DNA from: Bdellovibrionia bacterium
Lineage (GTDB): Bacteria; Bdellovibrionota; Bdellovibrionia; Bdellovibrionales; JAGQZY01
Assembly (NCBI GenBank): GCA_030424715.1
Contig: JAUHWH010000003.1
Span: forward strand, 4,148-68,147
Length of the DNA: 64,000 bases
Reading direction: 5' to 3'
Part shown: in pieces, positions 1-9,418 of the stretch
Numbering within the stretch: position 1 is the stretch's first letter
Layout of the letters: every line of letters starts with the position of its first letter
The notes under the pieces: generated by a model
Databases searched by the model: none
Seen by the model: the letters and a program-made list of their open reading frames with translations, nothing else
What the model was told of the DNA's origin: nothing
Made by a program: the position numbers and the translations under genes

Positions 1-968
1 CTACGGGTGCTGGCCATCGCTCGTTGGTAAAGGTCAAAAGTGGCACCTAAACCCGTCAGGGGCCACAGAAGCCTTTGAGTCATAAAGACCAAAACCGAAT
101 AGGAGCCAACCTCTAGCGCCCCGGTCGTTGTATAATATCCCCCGAGGACAAGGGTAAAGAGAAACCCGATAAGGACGACCATTCGAATCAACGGAGAAAA
201 ACTGCTCGAAAGTCTGATGGCTTCTTTATTGGCATCAAGATAGCTCAGCGACTGCTTTTCAAGGCGTTTGACTTCAGTTTGTTCCGCCGTGTAGCTTTTG
301 ATGGTCGCCATTCCCAAAATATTGTTATTGAGAAGACTGCTCAGCAGGCCGGCTTCATCCCGGACGGCTTTATAGCGTGGTTCAATCTGCCGTTGATAGT
401 AGAAACTTCCGAGAAGAATAAAAGGAACGGGTAGAAAGCTAAACACCGCCACTATCGGAGAGAGGGTAAAAAAGATCCCCCCAATCACCACGATCGTCGT
501 AACCACCTGAAGGAGAGTGTTGGCACCCCCATCGAGAAACCTTTCGAGCTGATTCACATCATCATTGAGGATGCTGAGGAGGTTTCCCGTGCTTTTATCT
601 TCAAAGTAGCTGAGTTCGAGGTTCTGCAGATGATTATAGCCATCGATTCTTAAGCCGTGCTGAATACTCTGAGCAATGTCTCTCCAATAGACCTGGTACA
701 GGTATTCAAAGAAAGACTCTGCGGCCCAGATGAGAAATGTTAGAACCGCTAATACATAAAGCTGACTCATCACCGATTGGAGCCCAAAACCTGCAAGCCA
801 CGAGGCCTCTTTTTTCACAACCACATCAACAGCCATACCAATAAGCAAGGGTGGTGCGAGATCGAATATTTTATTTAAAATAGAAAAAGTAGAAGCAAGC
901 CTAACTTCACGGTGAAGGTTTTTCGCGTATCGCCATAGACGAGCAAGTTCAGGGAAAAGTTTTTTCAT
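1..968 (-). CDS. ABC transporter, fused permease/ATPase exporter type (MsbA-like); N-terminal transmembrane domain only, the 3' part lies outside the window
   Basis: Not in the ORF track because it runs off the left edge. Manual minus-strand translation from ATG at 968..966 gives [48 protein letters not shown]...[26 protein letters not shown]...MTQRLLWPL. This is the typical type-1 ABC exporter membrane-domain pattern. Confidence 0.8.
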   Translation of the reverse strand, partial: MKKLFPELARLWRYAKNLHREVRLASTFSILNKIFDLAPPLLIGMAVDVVVKKEASWLAGFGLQSVMSQLYVLAVLTFLIWAAESFFEYLYQVYWRDIAQSIQHGLRIDGYNHLQNLELSYFEDKSTGNLLSILNDDVNQLERFLDGGANTLLQVVTTIVVIGGIFFTLSPIVAVFSFLPVPFILLGSFYYQRQIEPRYKAVRDEAGLLSSLLNNNILGMATIKSYTAEQTEVKRLEKQSLSYLDANKEAIRLSSSFSPLIRMVVLIGFLFTLVLGGYYTTTGALEVGSYSVLVFMTQRLLWPLTGLGATFDLYQRAMASTR

Positions 969-1152
969 ATCGGCATATTAGACGATACTTTTGGTAGAAT
1001 GAACTAAATTATCGTAGCCCGTTGGGTTATCTAATCCTTTGCCGAATTGAAGTCTAGAGCTGCGCTCTTTTCATAAATAGGTATTAGAAACTGGGTTTCT
1101 CCGTTCTGAACACTTATTGACGGGTCAGGCGAAGAAGAGGTAGGTTTTTCGA

Positions 1153-2511
1153 GTGTTAAGAGAATGGTTTGCCAAATGGCAACGACCCCCAAAAGAGAGT
1201 TTTTGTTTAGCCCCTTGGGTTCACGCTCATGCCGATACTCAGGGCCAGCGTCGTCTTTGTTGCGCCAGCCAGAATTTCCAAGAAAAGGTCTCAACTGAAA
1301 CCTCTTTGGAAGATTATTGGAACCATCCGACAATGAAACGAGTGCGCCGGCAGATGCTCAAGGGTGAGAGGGTTCCTGAGTGTCAGATTTGTGATGCCTC
1401 CGAGGGTTCGGCATGGAACTACCGTGATTACTTCAATTCTCATTTTCAAGAGGCCGAGAAAGAAGTAAGAAGGGCCACCGCTCGTGACGGCTCTCTTAAG
1501 ACGTCACCTCGATCGTTGGATTACCGGTTCAGTAATCAATGCAATTTCAAATGTCGAATGTGCGGTGATGGCAACTCCTCAAGCTGGGTGCAGGAGTCAT
1601 TAAGGACCACCGGTTTCTCCGAGTTGAGCCAAGAGACCTGGGAAGAAATATCTAAAAATACCGAAAGGAATCTGATTCCAGAGTTTCGTGAGTTGGCCGC
1701 CAAGGGTCTACTTAGAGAGATCTATTGGGCGGGTGGTGAGCCTCTGTTGTGGGAGGAACATTGGGATTTTATGGAGCAGCTTGTTCGTAGTGGGCAGTCC
1801 CAAAAAGTGAGAGTGACTTACAACACAAACCTAAGCCTTCTCAGTAACAAAGGTCGCATGCTTTTTGATCTCTTACCCCATTTCAAAAGTGCGACCTTGC
1901 AGGCAAGTATGGATGGCGTCGGACGCTGCGCCGAGTTTATCCGAACCGGGTTGAACTGGAGTCAGTGGTTGGCCCATCTTCAAGAGGCTCAAATCTTTGC
2001 AAAACAATTGCCTAATATTGAAGTGCTAATAGACTTTACTCTGACGACACCCGGTTTTTATGGACTTGAAAGTTTTATTAACTTTATTGTGGAGCACGAA
2101 GTGAAGGTTTTAGTGAAGCCTTGTCTATTTGATGATCCGTCCACTTATATGTCGCCGCTGTTTTTTCCGAAACAGTTAAGAGCGCAGCATGAACAGAGTT
2201 TGTTGATTATGATTGCAAACGCCCAAGAGAAGTTAAGTGAGCATCAGCCCTTTCTCGACCCTTTGGAAGACCTGATTCGTGCCCAGAGAGCGGAGCCGCC
2301 GAGCCACGAAGACCCTTCCCACGAGTTCGGCGACGCCCAGTTAAATGGCATGCGGCGACACCTTCAAATCTCTCGAGTCAGAAAAGACGGTCAAGACGGC
2401 CGCCCCAAGATGGAGGACTTCCTCGCCTCGCACCCAGATAGCCTTTTGTGGTGGAATTGCTTAAAAGATGAGGTTCTCAGTCAACAGCAAGGAGAGACTC
2501 TCGCTTTTTAG
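1153..2511 (+). CDS. radical SAM enzyme with an N-terminal Cys-rich (twitch/SPASM-like) segment
   Basis: 452-aa ORF. CNFKCRMC (1540..1563) is the CX3CX2C radical-SAM cluster motif. GGEPLL follows. The upstream segment FCLAPWVHAHADTQGQRRLCCAS looks like an auxiliary-cluster segment placed N-terminally. The GTG start at 1153 is uncertain. Confidence 0.7.
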   Translation: MLREWFAKWQRPPKESFCLAPWVHAHADTQGQRRLCCASQNFQEKVSTETSLEDYWNHPTMKRVRRQMLKGERVPECQICDASEGSAWNYRDYFNSHFQEAEKEVRRATARDGSLKTSPRSLDYRFSNQCNFKCRMCGDGNSSSWVQESLRTTGFSELSQETWEEISKNTERNLIPEFRELAAKGLLREIYWAGGEPLLWEEHWDFMEQLVRSGQSQKVRVTYNTNLSLLSNKGRMLFDLLPHFKSATLQASMDGVGRCAEFIRTGLNWSQWLAHLQEAQIFAKQLPNIEVLIDFTLTTPGFYGLESFINFIVEHEVKVLVKPCLFDDPSTYMSPLFFPKQLRAQHEQSLLIMIANAQEKLSEHQPFLDPLEDLIRAQRAEPPSHEDPSHEFGDAQLNGMRRHLQISRVRKDGQDGRPKMEDFLASHPDSLLWWNCLKDEVLSQQQGETLAF

Positions 2512-3640
2512 GTAAGCCCCAATGCGTAAGAGCCATGGGGTAAAGAATCAAAAAGGGCCAAGCTTTGACGGAATACACATCGAAATGGCTCTGTTTGAAC
2601 TCTCGAAACAGATCAGAATACATCAATGATACGCAGCCCATGGTGAATGCAATTAGAGACCAACGCAGACGTTGGTTGGCGATCAAGCTTTGGTGAATCC
2701 CAAAAGCCATCATGGCGATGATAAATGTCGGGGATTCCGACTTGTGATTAAATAGAATCAAGAAATAGCACAGAGCAATCAGTCCCACCATGCGAGCTGT
2801 TTGGTCGCCCTTGCGAAAATAGAAAAAAGACGCGAGCAAAGACAAGCCTCCAGCGATCTGAATGGGTAAACGATCAAAATCCCAGCCGGTCACACCGTGG
2901 ACAACGCCCATCAGAGAGAACCCATAGGATTGGGCGGCGTCCATTTTTAAAAGGGCGAGCCACTCCTGGTACTGGAACATCAGCGAGTCCCATCCCACAA
3001 AAACCGCGGGCAAAATAGCCAAGACAGTGAAAACTTTAATTTGAGTGAGGATATGAATAAAAAACAGCTTCGGTCTTTTTGTCGAATACTCAGAAAAAAT
3101 AAACAGGCAGCCGCCGAGCAGTCCGAATATCTTTATAAAAAACGAACCCATCAAGCAGAACGACGCCTTCATCGTGGCTTGCTCTTCTAGAGCCACCCAA
3201 AAAAGCATTAGCAAGGCCACCATATGAATGTTGCTTTGAAAGCCTTGGGTTGAGCCAATAAATTCGGGGAGACTGATCCAAAACACGCCCTTTCGCTGAC
3301 TGTCGCTAAGGGGGAGCTTTAACAAGGCCAAGAGAAAGAGACCGGTACCCAAAAGATTCCATAAACAAGCTCCGAGCCAAGAGGGTAAAAAGGCCAAGGG
3401 AGCCATGAATAATGCGAAGGTGGGGGAGTATTTATAAAGGTCATGATGTTCGTTAGGGTAAAGATGGTAGAGGCTGGAACCATCGAGAAGATGGTGAAAC
3501 GAAGATTTAAAGATCAACCAGTTGTTCATATGGGCTTGCAAGGCCGTGAACAAAGAAAGAACGATGGAAAGAGCGATCAGAAAAAAATAGGTTTTCTTCA
3601 GTCGTAAAAAGTCTTTGAGCATGTTTTTTGAGAGTAACAT
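2477..3640 (-). CDS. polytopic membrane protein, GT87/DUF2029-like glycosyltransferase
   Basis: 387-aa ORF with many hydrophobic helices. The N-terminal region LYHLYPNEHHDLYKYSPTFALFMAPLAFLP matches my memory of the DUF2029/GT87 loop motif. It converges on the radical SAM gene and overlaps it by 35 bp. Confidence 0.5.
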   Translation of the reverse strand: MLLSKNMLKDFLRLKKTYFFLIALSIVLSLFTALQAHMNNWLIFKSSFHHLLDGSSLYHLYPNEHHDLYKYSPTFALFMAPLAFLPSWLGACLWNLLGTGLFLLALLKLPLSDSQRKGVFWISLPEFIGSTQGFQSNIHMVALLMLFWVALEEQATMKASFCLMGSFFIKIFGLLGGCLFIFSEYSTKRPKLFFIHILTQIKVFTVLAILPAVFVGWDSLMFQYQEWLALLKMDAAQSYGFSLMGVVHGVTGWDFDRLPIQIAGGLSLLASFFYFRKGDQTARMVGLIALCYFLILFNHKSESPTFIIAMMAFGIHQSLIANQRLRWSLIAFTMGCVSLMYSDLFREFKQSHFDVYSVKAWPFLILYPMALTHWGLPKKRESLLAVD

Positions 3641-3749
3641 AATAGTTATTTGGCCCGGTAGCGAGTGTTCCTATTTATGTGTGCGTTATAAATCCATAAT
3701 TATGTTTCAAGCGAATGTGGATAACAGCACTCAACACAAAGCCAGGGGG

Positions 3750-4763
3750 CTAAGAGAGTTTTACAAGAATGCGTCCCAAGTGTTCACCGGCGATCACATT
3801 ATTTGCTTCCTCAAGAAGGTTGTCGAGGTTAACCTCTTTAGAGATCATGTGATCGAGGTTTTTAGGCTTCATGGACGAGGCCATCTTTTTCCAAAGTTCC
3901 TGGCGAAGTCCAAAGGGACAATTGTTCGAACTCACACCCAGTAAATTCACGCCCCGTAATATAAAGGGAAAAACCGTCGTGTCCAATTTTTCACTTTGAG
4001 CCAGTCCAATAGATCCGACCGAGCCCCAAAGATCGATGCGCGGTAAAATGTAGCGTAAGATATCGCCACCAACGTTATCAATGGCACCGGCCCAAACCAC
4101 AGAATCCAGTGGGCGTGTTATTAAGTCGAGATCGGAAATGTCGGTGACCTTGGCAGCTCCACATGAGTAGAGCCACTCTTCATGTTGATTTTTTCGGCGC
4201 GTCCAAGCTTCGGTCTCGTAACCCAGGCGGTTCAAAAAGCTGAGGGCTAGTGAACCAACGCCGCCAGTGGCTCCCGTAACCAAAACCTCGCCTTTTTCAG
4301 GGCGGAGCCCATTGAGTTCCATCTGGTGAATAGCCAAGGCGGCGGTAAAGCCAGCGGTGCCAAAGGCCATGGCTTCTCGAGCCGATAGGGCGTCGGGTCT
4401 TTTGATGACAATGTCATCTGGCAGTCGAACATACTCCGAAAAACCACCGCAGAAGGTTTCGCCCATGTTGCTTCCATTCACCAGAACAGGATCGCCTTCT
4501 TTAAAAAGAGGTGAGCGAGACTCGGCCACCGTGCCAGCCACATCAATGCCAGGGATCAAGGGCAGGCGGCGGAGGATTTTACCCTTGCCGGTCAAAGCCA
4601 GAGCGTCTTTATAGTTGATGCCAGAGTATTCGGTCTTCACCAGAATATCTCCGGCGGGAAGCTCATGGAGCTCCGTTTCTCGCACCTCACACTGAATATG
4701 GGCGTGGTCGTTGGTGTCTGACTCGGGTGTGTTGGCCCAGAGGGCTCGAAAGGGCTTTTCCAT
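3750..4763 (-). CDS. YhdH/YhfP (AcuI)-family NADPH-dependent quinone/acrylyl-CoA reductase (MDR superfamily)
   Basis: 337-aa ORF. Contains VKTEYSGINYKDALALTGKGKILRRLPLIPGIDVAGTV and the nucleotide-binding VLVTGATGGVGS motif. Confidence 0.8.
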   Translation of the reverse strand: MEKPFRALWANTPESDTNDHAHIQCEVRETELHELPAGDILVKTEYSGINYKDALALTGKGKILRRLPLIPGIDVAGTVAESRSPLFKEGDPVLVNGSNMGETFCGGFSEYVRLPDDIVIKRPDALSAREAMAFGTAGFTAALAIHQMELNGLRPEKGEVLVTGATGGVGSLALSFLNRLGYETEAWTRRKNQHEEWLYSCGAAKVTDISDLDLITRPLDSVVWAGAIDNVGGDILRYILPRIDLWGSVGSIGLAQSEKLDTTVFPFILRGVNLLGVSSNNCPFGLRQELWKKMASSMKPKNLDHMISKEVNLDNLLEEANNVIAGEHLGRILVKLS

Positions 4764-4835
4764 GGCAATAACCTAGTCTGACCTTGCGGGATGGGTCAAA
4801 TTTCATTATTGTGGGGCACCATTTTAGGAGACTCC

Positions 4836-6194
4836 ATGTTCGAAAAATTGTCAGACCGCATGACCGATAGCCTGAGAAAACTCTCTGGCAAGGGCAAAAT
4901 TTCAGAAGCCAATATTGAAGAGGCAATCAAAGAGGTTCGCATGAGCCTGCTCGAGGCTGATGTCAACTTTAAGGTGGTTAAGCGTTTTATCGATAACGTC
5001 AAAGCCAAAGCCCTGGGTGAAAATGTCATTCGAGGTGTCGACGCCGGCCAGCAGTTTACCAAAATCGTCCATGACGAACTGGTTGATCTTCTAGGCAATG
5101 AAGCTGTTGGGCTCGAGGTCACCCAGAAACCCACCGTTATTTTTTTGGTGGGACTACAGGGGGTGGGTAAAACCACCACAGCGGCCAAACTAGCCCTTCA
5201 TATCCGTAAAAAATTGGATAAAAAGCCCGTTCTGGTTCCTGTCGATGTCTACCGACCGGCCGCCATTGAGCAGCTAAAGACCTTGGGACGCGACATTGAG
5301 GTTCCTGTTTTTGATTCTGACCCAAAGATGAAGCCGAAAAAGATTTTAAAGGCCGCTCAAAAGTGGGCCACCAGCGAAGAGGCCGATGTTGTTATCGTCG
5401 ATACGGCTGGACGCCTGCAGCTCGATCAAGAACTGATGAGTGAACTCACGGATTTAAAAGCTCTTTGGAAACCCACAGAGGTGTTACTCGTCGCCGATGC
5501 CATGTTGGGTCAGCAGTCTGTGGATGTGGCGCAAGGCTTTCATGATCAGGTGGGCCTAAGTGGTCTGATTTTAACCAAGGTGGATGGTGACGCTCGTGGC
5601 GGGGCGGCTCTCAGTATCCGCGAAGCCATCGGTATACCGATCAAATTTTTAGGTGTGGGCGAAAAACAGAAGGATCTTGAGATCTTTCACCCCGATCGTT
5701 TGGCGTCCCGTATTCTCGACATGGGGGACGTGGTCACTTTGGTTGAGAAAGCCCAAGAGGTTATTGATCAGGACGAGGCCCAGCGCGCCGCAGATCGAAT
5801 GATGAAGGGTGAGTTCACGGCCGACGACTTCTTAAAACAGATCCGTCAGATGAAAAAGCTGGGCAGCATGGAAAGCATTATGAAAATGTTACCCGGTATG
5901 GGCGGCATGATGAAGCAAATGAAGAATATGACCCCTCCAGATGATGAAATCAAAAAAATCGAGGCCATCATTTGCTCAATGACCCTGGAAGAACGCAGTG
6001 ATTGTCGCATTATCCATGGTTCGCGACGGGTTCGCATTGCCAAAGGGTCGGGGACTCGAGTGCAGGATGTGAACAAATTTATCAAGCAATTTCAAGAAGC
6101 TAAGAAAATGATGACCGGTCTCATGAAGATGGGTCTTGGTGGAGGTGGCGGACTCCCGGGCATGGGGGGTGGCGGCTTCAAGTTGCCATTTTAA
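4836..6194 (+). CDS. ffh: signal recognition particle protein Ffh
   Basis: MFEKLSDRMTDSLRKLSGKGKISE N-terminus, GLQGVGKTTTAAKLA P-loop, DTAGRL, TKVDGDARGGAALS, and a Met-rich M-domain. The start was moved to ATG 4836, which is preceded by AGGAG at 4826..4830. Confidence 0.95.
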   Translation: MFEKLSDRMTDSLRKLSGKGKISEANIEEAIKEVRMSLLEADVNFKVVKRFIDNVKAKALGENVIRGVDAGQQFTKIVHDELVDLLGNEAVGLEVTQKPTVIFLVGLQGVGKTTTAAKLALHIRKKLDKKPVLVPVDVYRPAAIEQLKTLGRDIEVPVFDSDPKMKPKKILKAAQKWATSEEADVVIVDTAGRLQLDQELMSELTDLKALWKPTEVLLVADAMLGQQSVDVAQGFHDQVGLSGLILTKVDGDARGGAALSIREAIGIPIKFLGVGEKQKDLEIFHPDRLASRILDMGDVVTLVEKAQEVIDQDEAQRAADRMMKGEFTADDFLKQIRQMKKLGSMESIMKMLPGMGGMMKQMKNMTPPDDEIKKIEAIICSMTLEERSDCRIIHGSRRVRIAKGSGTRVQDVNKFIKQFQEAKKMMTGLMKMGLGGGGGLPGMGGGGFKLPF

Positions 6195-6232
6195 TTGGCT
6201 TTTTTAACATGGTTTTGCACTCAAAAAAGGGG

Positions 6233-6261
6233 TTGCTAAATCACTGAAAGGACAGTACAAA
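6233..6261 (+). promoter_or_regulatory. candidate sigma70-type promoter for rpsP (TTGCTA-N17-TACAAA)
   Basis: TTGCTA at 6233..6238 and TACAAA at 6256..6261, about 25 nt upstream of the rpsP start. Pattern match only. Confidence 0.25.
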
Positions 6262-6286
6262 AGCGGATTCAATGAGAGGTGAATAA

Positions 6287-6535
6287 ATGGTAGTTATCCG
6301 TTTAGCGCGTTTGGGCGCAAAAAAGAGACCGAAGTATCGTGTGACAGTTGCAGACTCTCGCTATTTCAGAAACGGTCGATTTATCGAAGTTATTGGTCAT
6401 TACAACCCAAATCCACGAGGCCAAGAGCAAGAAGTGACTCTTGATCTTGAAAAAGTGAAAGACTGGGTTGGCAAAGGCGCTCAGCCGACGGACCGAGTAA
6501 AGACCTTAATCAAAAAAGCCGAAGCCAACGCATAA
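6287..6535 (+). CDS. rpsP: 30S ribosomal protein S16
   Basis: [25 protein letters not shown] is the canonical S16 N-terminus. A GAGAGGTG ribosome-binding site lies upstream. Confidence 0.95.
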   Translation: MVVIRLARLGAKKRPKYRVTVADSRYFRNGRFIEVIGHYNPNPRGQEQEVTLDLEKVKDWVGKGAQPTDRVKTLIKKAEANA

Positions 6536-6581
6536 GCGTTGGGTTACAATTAAAGTACAAGTTAATACTGGAGAGGTGAAC

Positions 6582-6833
6582 ATGGCGTACGATCCAACAA
6601 GTCTCAGAGATTTGGTTGATTTTATGGCGAGAGCTTTAGTCGACAATCCTGAAGACGTCGAAGTGAATGAAGTTGTTGGTGAGCAGACGACCGTTGTCGA
6701 GCTTTCTGTTGCAAAAGATGACCTGGGTAAGGTTATTGGTAAGCAGGGGCGCACAGCAAAGTCCATGAGAACAATCTTGAATGCTGCGAGCACAAAGCTG
6801 CAAAAAAGATCTGTTCTTGAAATCATGGAATAG
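6582..6833 (+). CDS. KH-domain RNA-binding protein (YlqC/UPF0109 family)
   Basis: Contains [24 protein letters not shown] (KH GXXG loop). Its position between rpsP and rimM is conserved. ATG 6582 is preferred over GTG 6576. Confidence 0.85.
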   Translation: MAYDPTSLRDLVDFMARALVDNPEDVEVNEVVGEQTTVVELSVAKDDLGKVIGKQGRTAKSMRTILNAASTKLQKRSVLEIME

Positions 6834-6862
6834 TCGGTTACCTAAAATTTTGAATTTAAAAG

Positions 6863-6885
6863 AGGCGCTGTTTGGCGCCTTTTTC
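6863..6885 (+). terminator. rho-independent terminator after the KH-domain gene
   Basis: AGGCGC (6863..6868) pairs with GCGCCT (6875..6880) around a 6-nt loop. A TTTTT run follows at 6881..6885. Confidence 0.65.
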
Positions 6886-7076
6886 ATTTAAGAAAAAACA
6901 CACGAACATTCGGTTTATTGAGAATGGCCATGAGGGGACCCGCGGAGTTCCAAGGTGACACTCTTCTTGTTTCGGTGAGCATCACCAAAGGTTTGTATGA
7001 TGCGTGCTACACACAGGCCTCCTTAATAGACCAACACCCATGGAGCCTGTGGCTCCATAAAACCTGAGGTGAGCCC

Positions 7077-7643
7077 ATGGACCAAAAAAAAGATGCAGGT
7101 AAAAGCGACTCCTACGTGATGATCGGCAAGGTTCATTCGGCCCAAGGGATTCGAGGTGACCTCTACATCTCCATTTTTGCCGAAGAAGCGAATTGGGCGG
7201 AGCAGTGGGATCGTCTCTACTGTTCAAAAAAAAACGAGGATAAACCTCAGCAGAGTTTTAAAATTATTAAAAAACGTCAGCATCAAAAGCAAAAAAGGTG
7301 GGGTTTTGTGGTCTCCGTAGAGGGCGTCGCAGATCGTAACCAAAGTGAAGCCATGGTGGGGTCCAACGTCTACATCCCCGAACACTTTCTGGTGTCCGGA
7401 GAGGGAGAAGACTTGTATCTGCGCGAGGTTTTGGGCTTTCGAGTTTTAGACCAGCAGCGTGGCGACGTCGGAGAAGTCGTCGGTTTTAGCGGCAATAGCA
7501 TGCAAGATATTCTGGTGATTAAAAACGATATTGGTGAATACGAAGTGCCCTTCGTTTCGCCTATTCATTTGCAGACAGACAAAGAGAAACAGCAGCTGCT
7601 AATGGACATTCCCCAAGGCTTGGTCGCGGGAGAAGAGCTGTGA
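7077..7643 (+). CDS. rimM: 16S rRNA processing protein RimM
   Basis: Contains MIGKVHSAQGIRGDLYISIF (typical RimM N-terminal beta-barrel) and a PRC-barrel-like C-terminus. GAGGTG at 7066..7071 precedes ATG 7077. An alternative start at M15 (7119) is possible. Confidence 0.85.
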   Translation: MDQKKDAGKSDSYVMIGKVHSAQGIRGDLYISIFAEEANWAEQWDRLYCSKKNEDKPQQSFKIIKKRQHQKQKRWGFVVSVEGVADRNQSEAMVGSNVYIPEHFLVSGEGEDLYLREVLGFRVLDQQRGDVGEVVGFSGNSMQDILVIKNDIGEYEVPFVSPIHLQTDKEKQQLLMDIPQGLVAGEEL

Positions 7644-8431
7644 GGTTCAATGTTATTAGCCTCATGCCAGAAATGGTCGAGACGGCTTTGCAATTTGGAG
7701 TCGTCGGCGGCGCCTTTAAAAAGGGACTTTGTGAGCTGTCCCTGATAAACCCGCGCGACTTCGCGGAAGATAACCATAAGACGGTAGACGATCGCCCTTT
7801 CGGTGGTGGCGATGGCATGTTGATGATGGCCGAGCCTTTACAAAAGAGTTTAGATTCTTTGACCCCATCGGGGCCGACCTATTTTTTGTCGCCCCAGGGC
7901 CGTCGGTTTGATGACTCCATGGCTCGCGAGTGGAGTCAGGATGATGAGATCACGTTAATCTGTGGACGTTACGGTGGGGTGGATCAGCGTTTTTTGAGCC
8001 ACAATAAAATAACCGAGGTCTCCATTGGTGACTTTGTCTTGAGTGGGGGAGAGTTGGCAGCGGCTGTCATTATCGATAGCGTGACTCGCCAAATCCCAGG
8101 TGTTTTGGGGCATGCGGCATCCGCCGTCGATGACTCGTTTAAAGGGGGATTGTTAGAGATTCCCCATTTCACCAGGCCACAGCTTTGGAATGATTTAGGG
8201 GTTCCGCCTCTTTTGCTTTGCGGTGACCATCGAAAAATTCACGAGTTTAAACAGAATATGGGTGTTCTGGTGACTCTGCAAAAAAGACCGGATTTGCTGA
8301 CGGCAAGAAGTCAGGATTGGGCCGCTCTGATCCAATATGTTTCGAAGCTTTCAGAAGACAACTTGGTCCCTTTGGGGTTACAAAAAGGCGAAATCTTATT
8401 GCAGCTTAAGGAGAGAGAAGACAATGGCTAA
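7640..8431 (+). CDS. trmD: tRNA (guanine37-N1)-methyltransferase TrmD
   Basis: Contains MRFNVISLMPEMV...DDRPFGGGDGMLM...LICGRYGGVDQR. The GTG start overlaps the rimM stop by 4 nt. Confidence 0.95.
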   Translation: MRFNVISLMPEMVETALQFGVVGGAFKKGLCELSLINPRDFAEDNHKTVDDRPFGGGDGMLMMAEPLQKSLDSLTPSGPTYFLSPQGRRFDDSMAREWSQDDEITLICGRYGGVDQRFLSHNKITEVSIGDFVLSGGELAAAVIIDSVTRQIPGVLGHAASAVDDSFKGGLLEIPHFTRPQLWNDLGVPPLLLCGDHRKIHEFKQNMGVLVTLQKRPDLLTARSQDWAALIQYVSKLSEDNLVPLGLQKGEILLQLKEREDNG

Positions 8432-8984
8432 AAAACTAGGCCTGGCTTTGGTGCATTATCCCGTTCTAGATCGGGCGAAATCGACAGTGGCCACCAATGT
8501 CACCAATTTTGATATTCACGATATTGCCAGAGCGTCTCGAACCTACGGTGTGGATACTTATTACATTGTTCACCCCTCCGATGAACAGCTGATGTTTGTG
8601 TCGCGGGTCTTGGACCATTGGCGCGTGGGGCCAGGGCAAAAATTCAATCCCATGCGCAAGACGGCACTCGGCATGGTGGAGCCTGTGACCTCTATCGAAG
8701 CCGCCATGAGACACATGGACTCAGACGACCTGCAGGTGATTGCCACCAGTGCCAAGGAAACCCCGGAAACCCCTCAGCTGAGCTGGAGACAGGCCCGCCA
8801 GGCGGTCGAAGACCGTGACACCCTCTTGGTGTTCGGAACGGGCTTTGGCCTTAGCCAAGAAGCTCTCGATCTCTGCCAAAGCTGTATTGAGCCCATTCGC
8901 GGTTTCGGGGAGGAGGACTACCGACACCTTTCTGTGCGATCGGCAGTGAGTATCGTTCTTGACCGAGTGCGTGGCTCGTGGTAA
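8424..8984 (+). CDS. SPOUT-type SAM-dependent RNA methyltransferase-like protein (Methyltrn_RNA_4-like, from memory)
   Basis: Contains MAKKLGLALVHYPVLDRAKSTVATNVTNFDIHDIARASRTYGVDTYYIVHP. ATG 8424 follows AAGGAGAGAG and overlaps the trmD end by 8 nt. The track ORF start at 8337 lies inside trmD. Confidence 0.6.
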   Translation: MAKKLGLALVHYPVLDRAKSTVATNVTNFDIHDIARASRTYGVDTYYIVHPSDEQLMFVSRVLDHWRVGPGQKFNPMRKTALGMVEPVTSIEAAMRHMDSDDLQVIATSAKETPETPQLSWRQARQAVEDRDTLLVFGTGFGLSQEALDLCQSCIEPIRGFGEEDYRHLSVRSAVSIVLDRVRGSW

Positions 8985-9010
8985 CTCATTCGTTTTAAAG
9001 GAGCACACCA

Positions 9011-9409
9011 ATGGCAGATCTAGTGAGACAAGCTGTATTAAAAGGCCAGAATAACAAGACTTTTCCAAAATTTTCGTCGGGCGACACGATCAGTGTTTCT
9101 GTGAAAGTCAAAGAGGGTGAAAAAGAGAGAATCCAGGTTTTTAAAGGTGTGGTCCTTAAAATTCAAGGGTCTGGAACCAACAGAACTTTCACCGTTCGTA
9201 AAGTGTCTGAAGGCATTGGTGTTGAGAGAACCTTTCCCTTCAACAGCCCAATGGTCGACGATGTGACGGTTCAAGCCTACGGTAAAACCCGACGTTCTCG
9301 TTTGTTTTACTTGCGAGCTCTTAAGGGCCGTGCCGCAAAAGTTCGTTCTGAGTTGGCCGTTATGCGTGAGCAGCGTGAAAAAGCCAAAGCGGAAGCGGCG
9401 AATAAGTAA
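9011..9409 (+). CDS. rplS: 50S ribosomal protein L19
   Basis: Contains FSSGDTISVSVKVKEGEKERIQVFKGVVLKIQGSGTNRTFTVRK, a classic L19 sequence. An AAGGAG ribosome-binding site is present. Confidence 0.95.
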   Translation: MADLVRQAVLKGQNNKTFPKFSSGDTISVSVKVKEGEKERIQVFKGVVLKIQGSGTNRTFTVRKVSEGIGVERTFPFNSPMVDDVTVQAYGKTRRSRLFYLRALKGRAAKVRSELAVMREQREKAKAEAANK

Positions 9410-9418
9410 CCCTGTTTT

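Noticed and set aside
1031-1333. 100-aa minus-strand ORF in the ABC transporter / radical SAM divergent region
   Set aside because: It overlaps the 5' part of the radical SAM gene. It has no ribosome-binding site and no recognisable motif.
7226-7235. A10 homopolymer inside rimM (and A8 at 7084..7091) as a phase-variation switch
   Set aside because: The runs simply encode Lys codons (KK) in a housekeeping gene in the correct frame. The gene has no contingency-locus context.
8337-8423. Upstream in-frame extensions of the SPOUT-like gene (8337) and of yraN (9912..10001)
   Set aside because: The extensions lie inside trmD and rnhB and add non-homologous residues. Internal starts with ribosome-binding sites (8424) or at the family N-terminus (10002) fit better.
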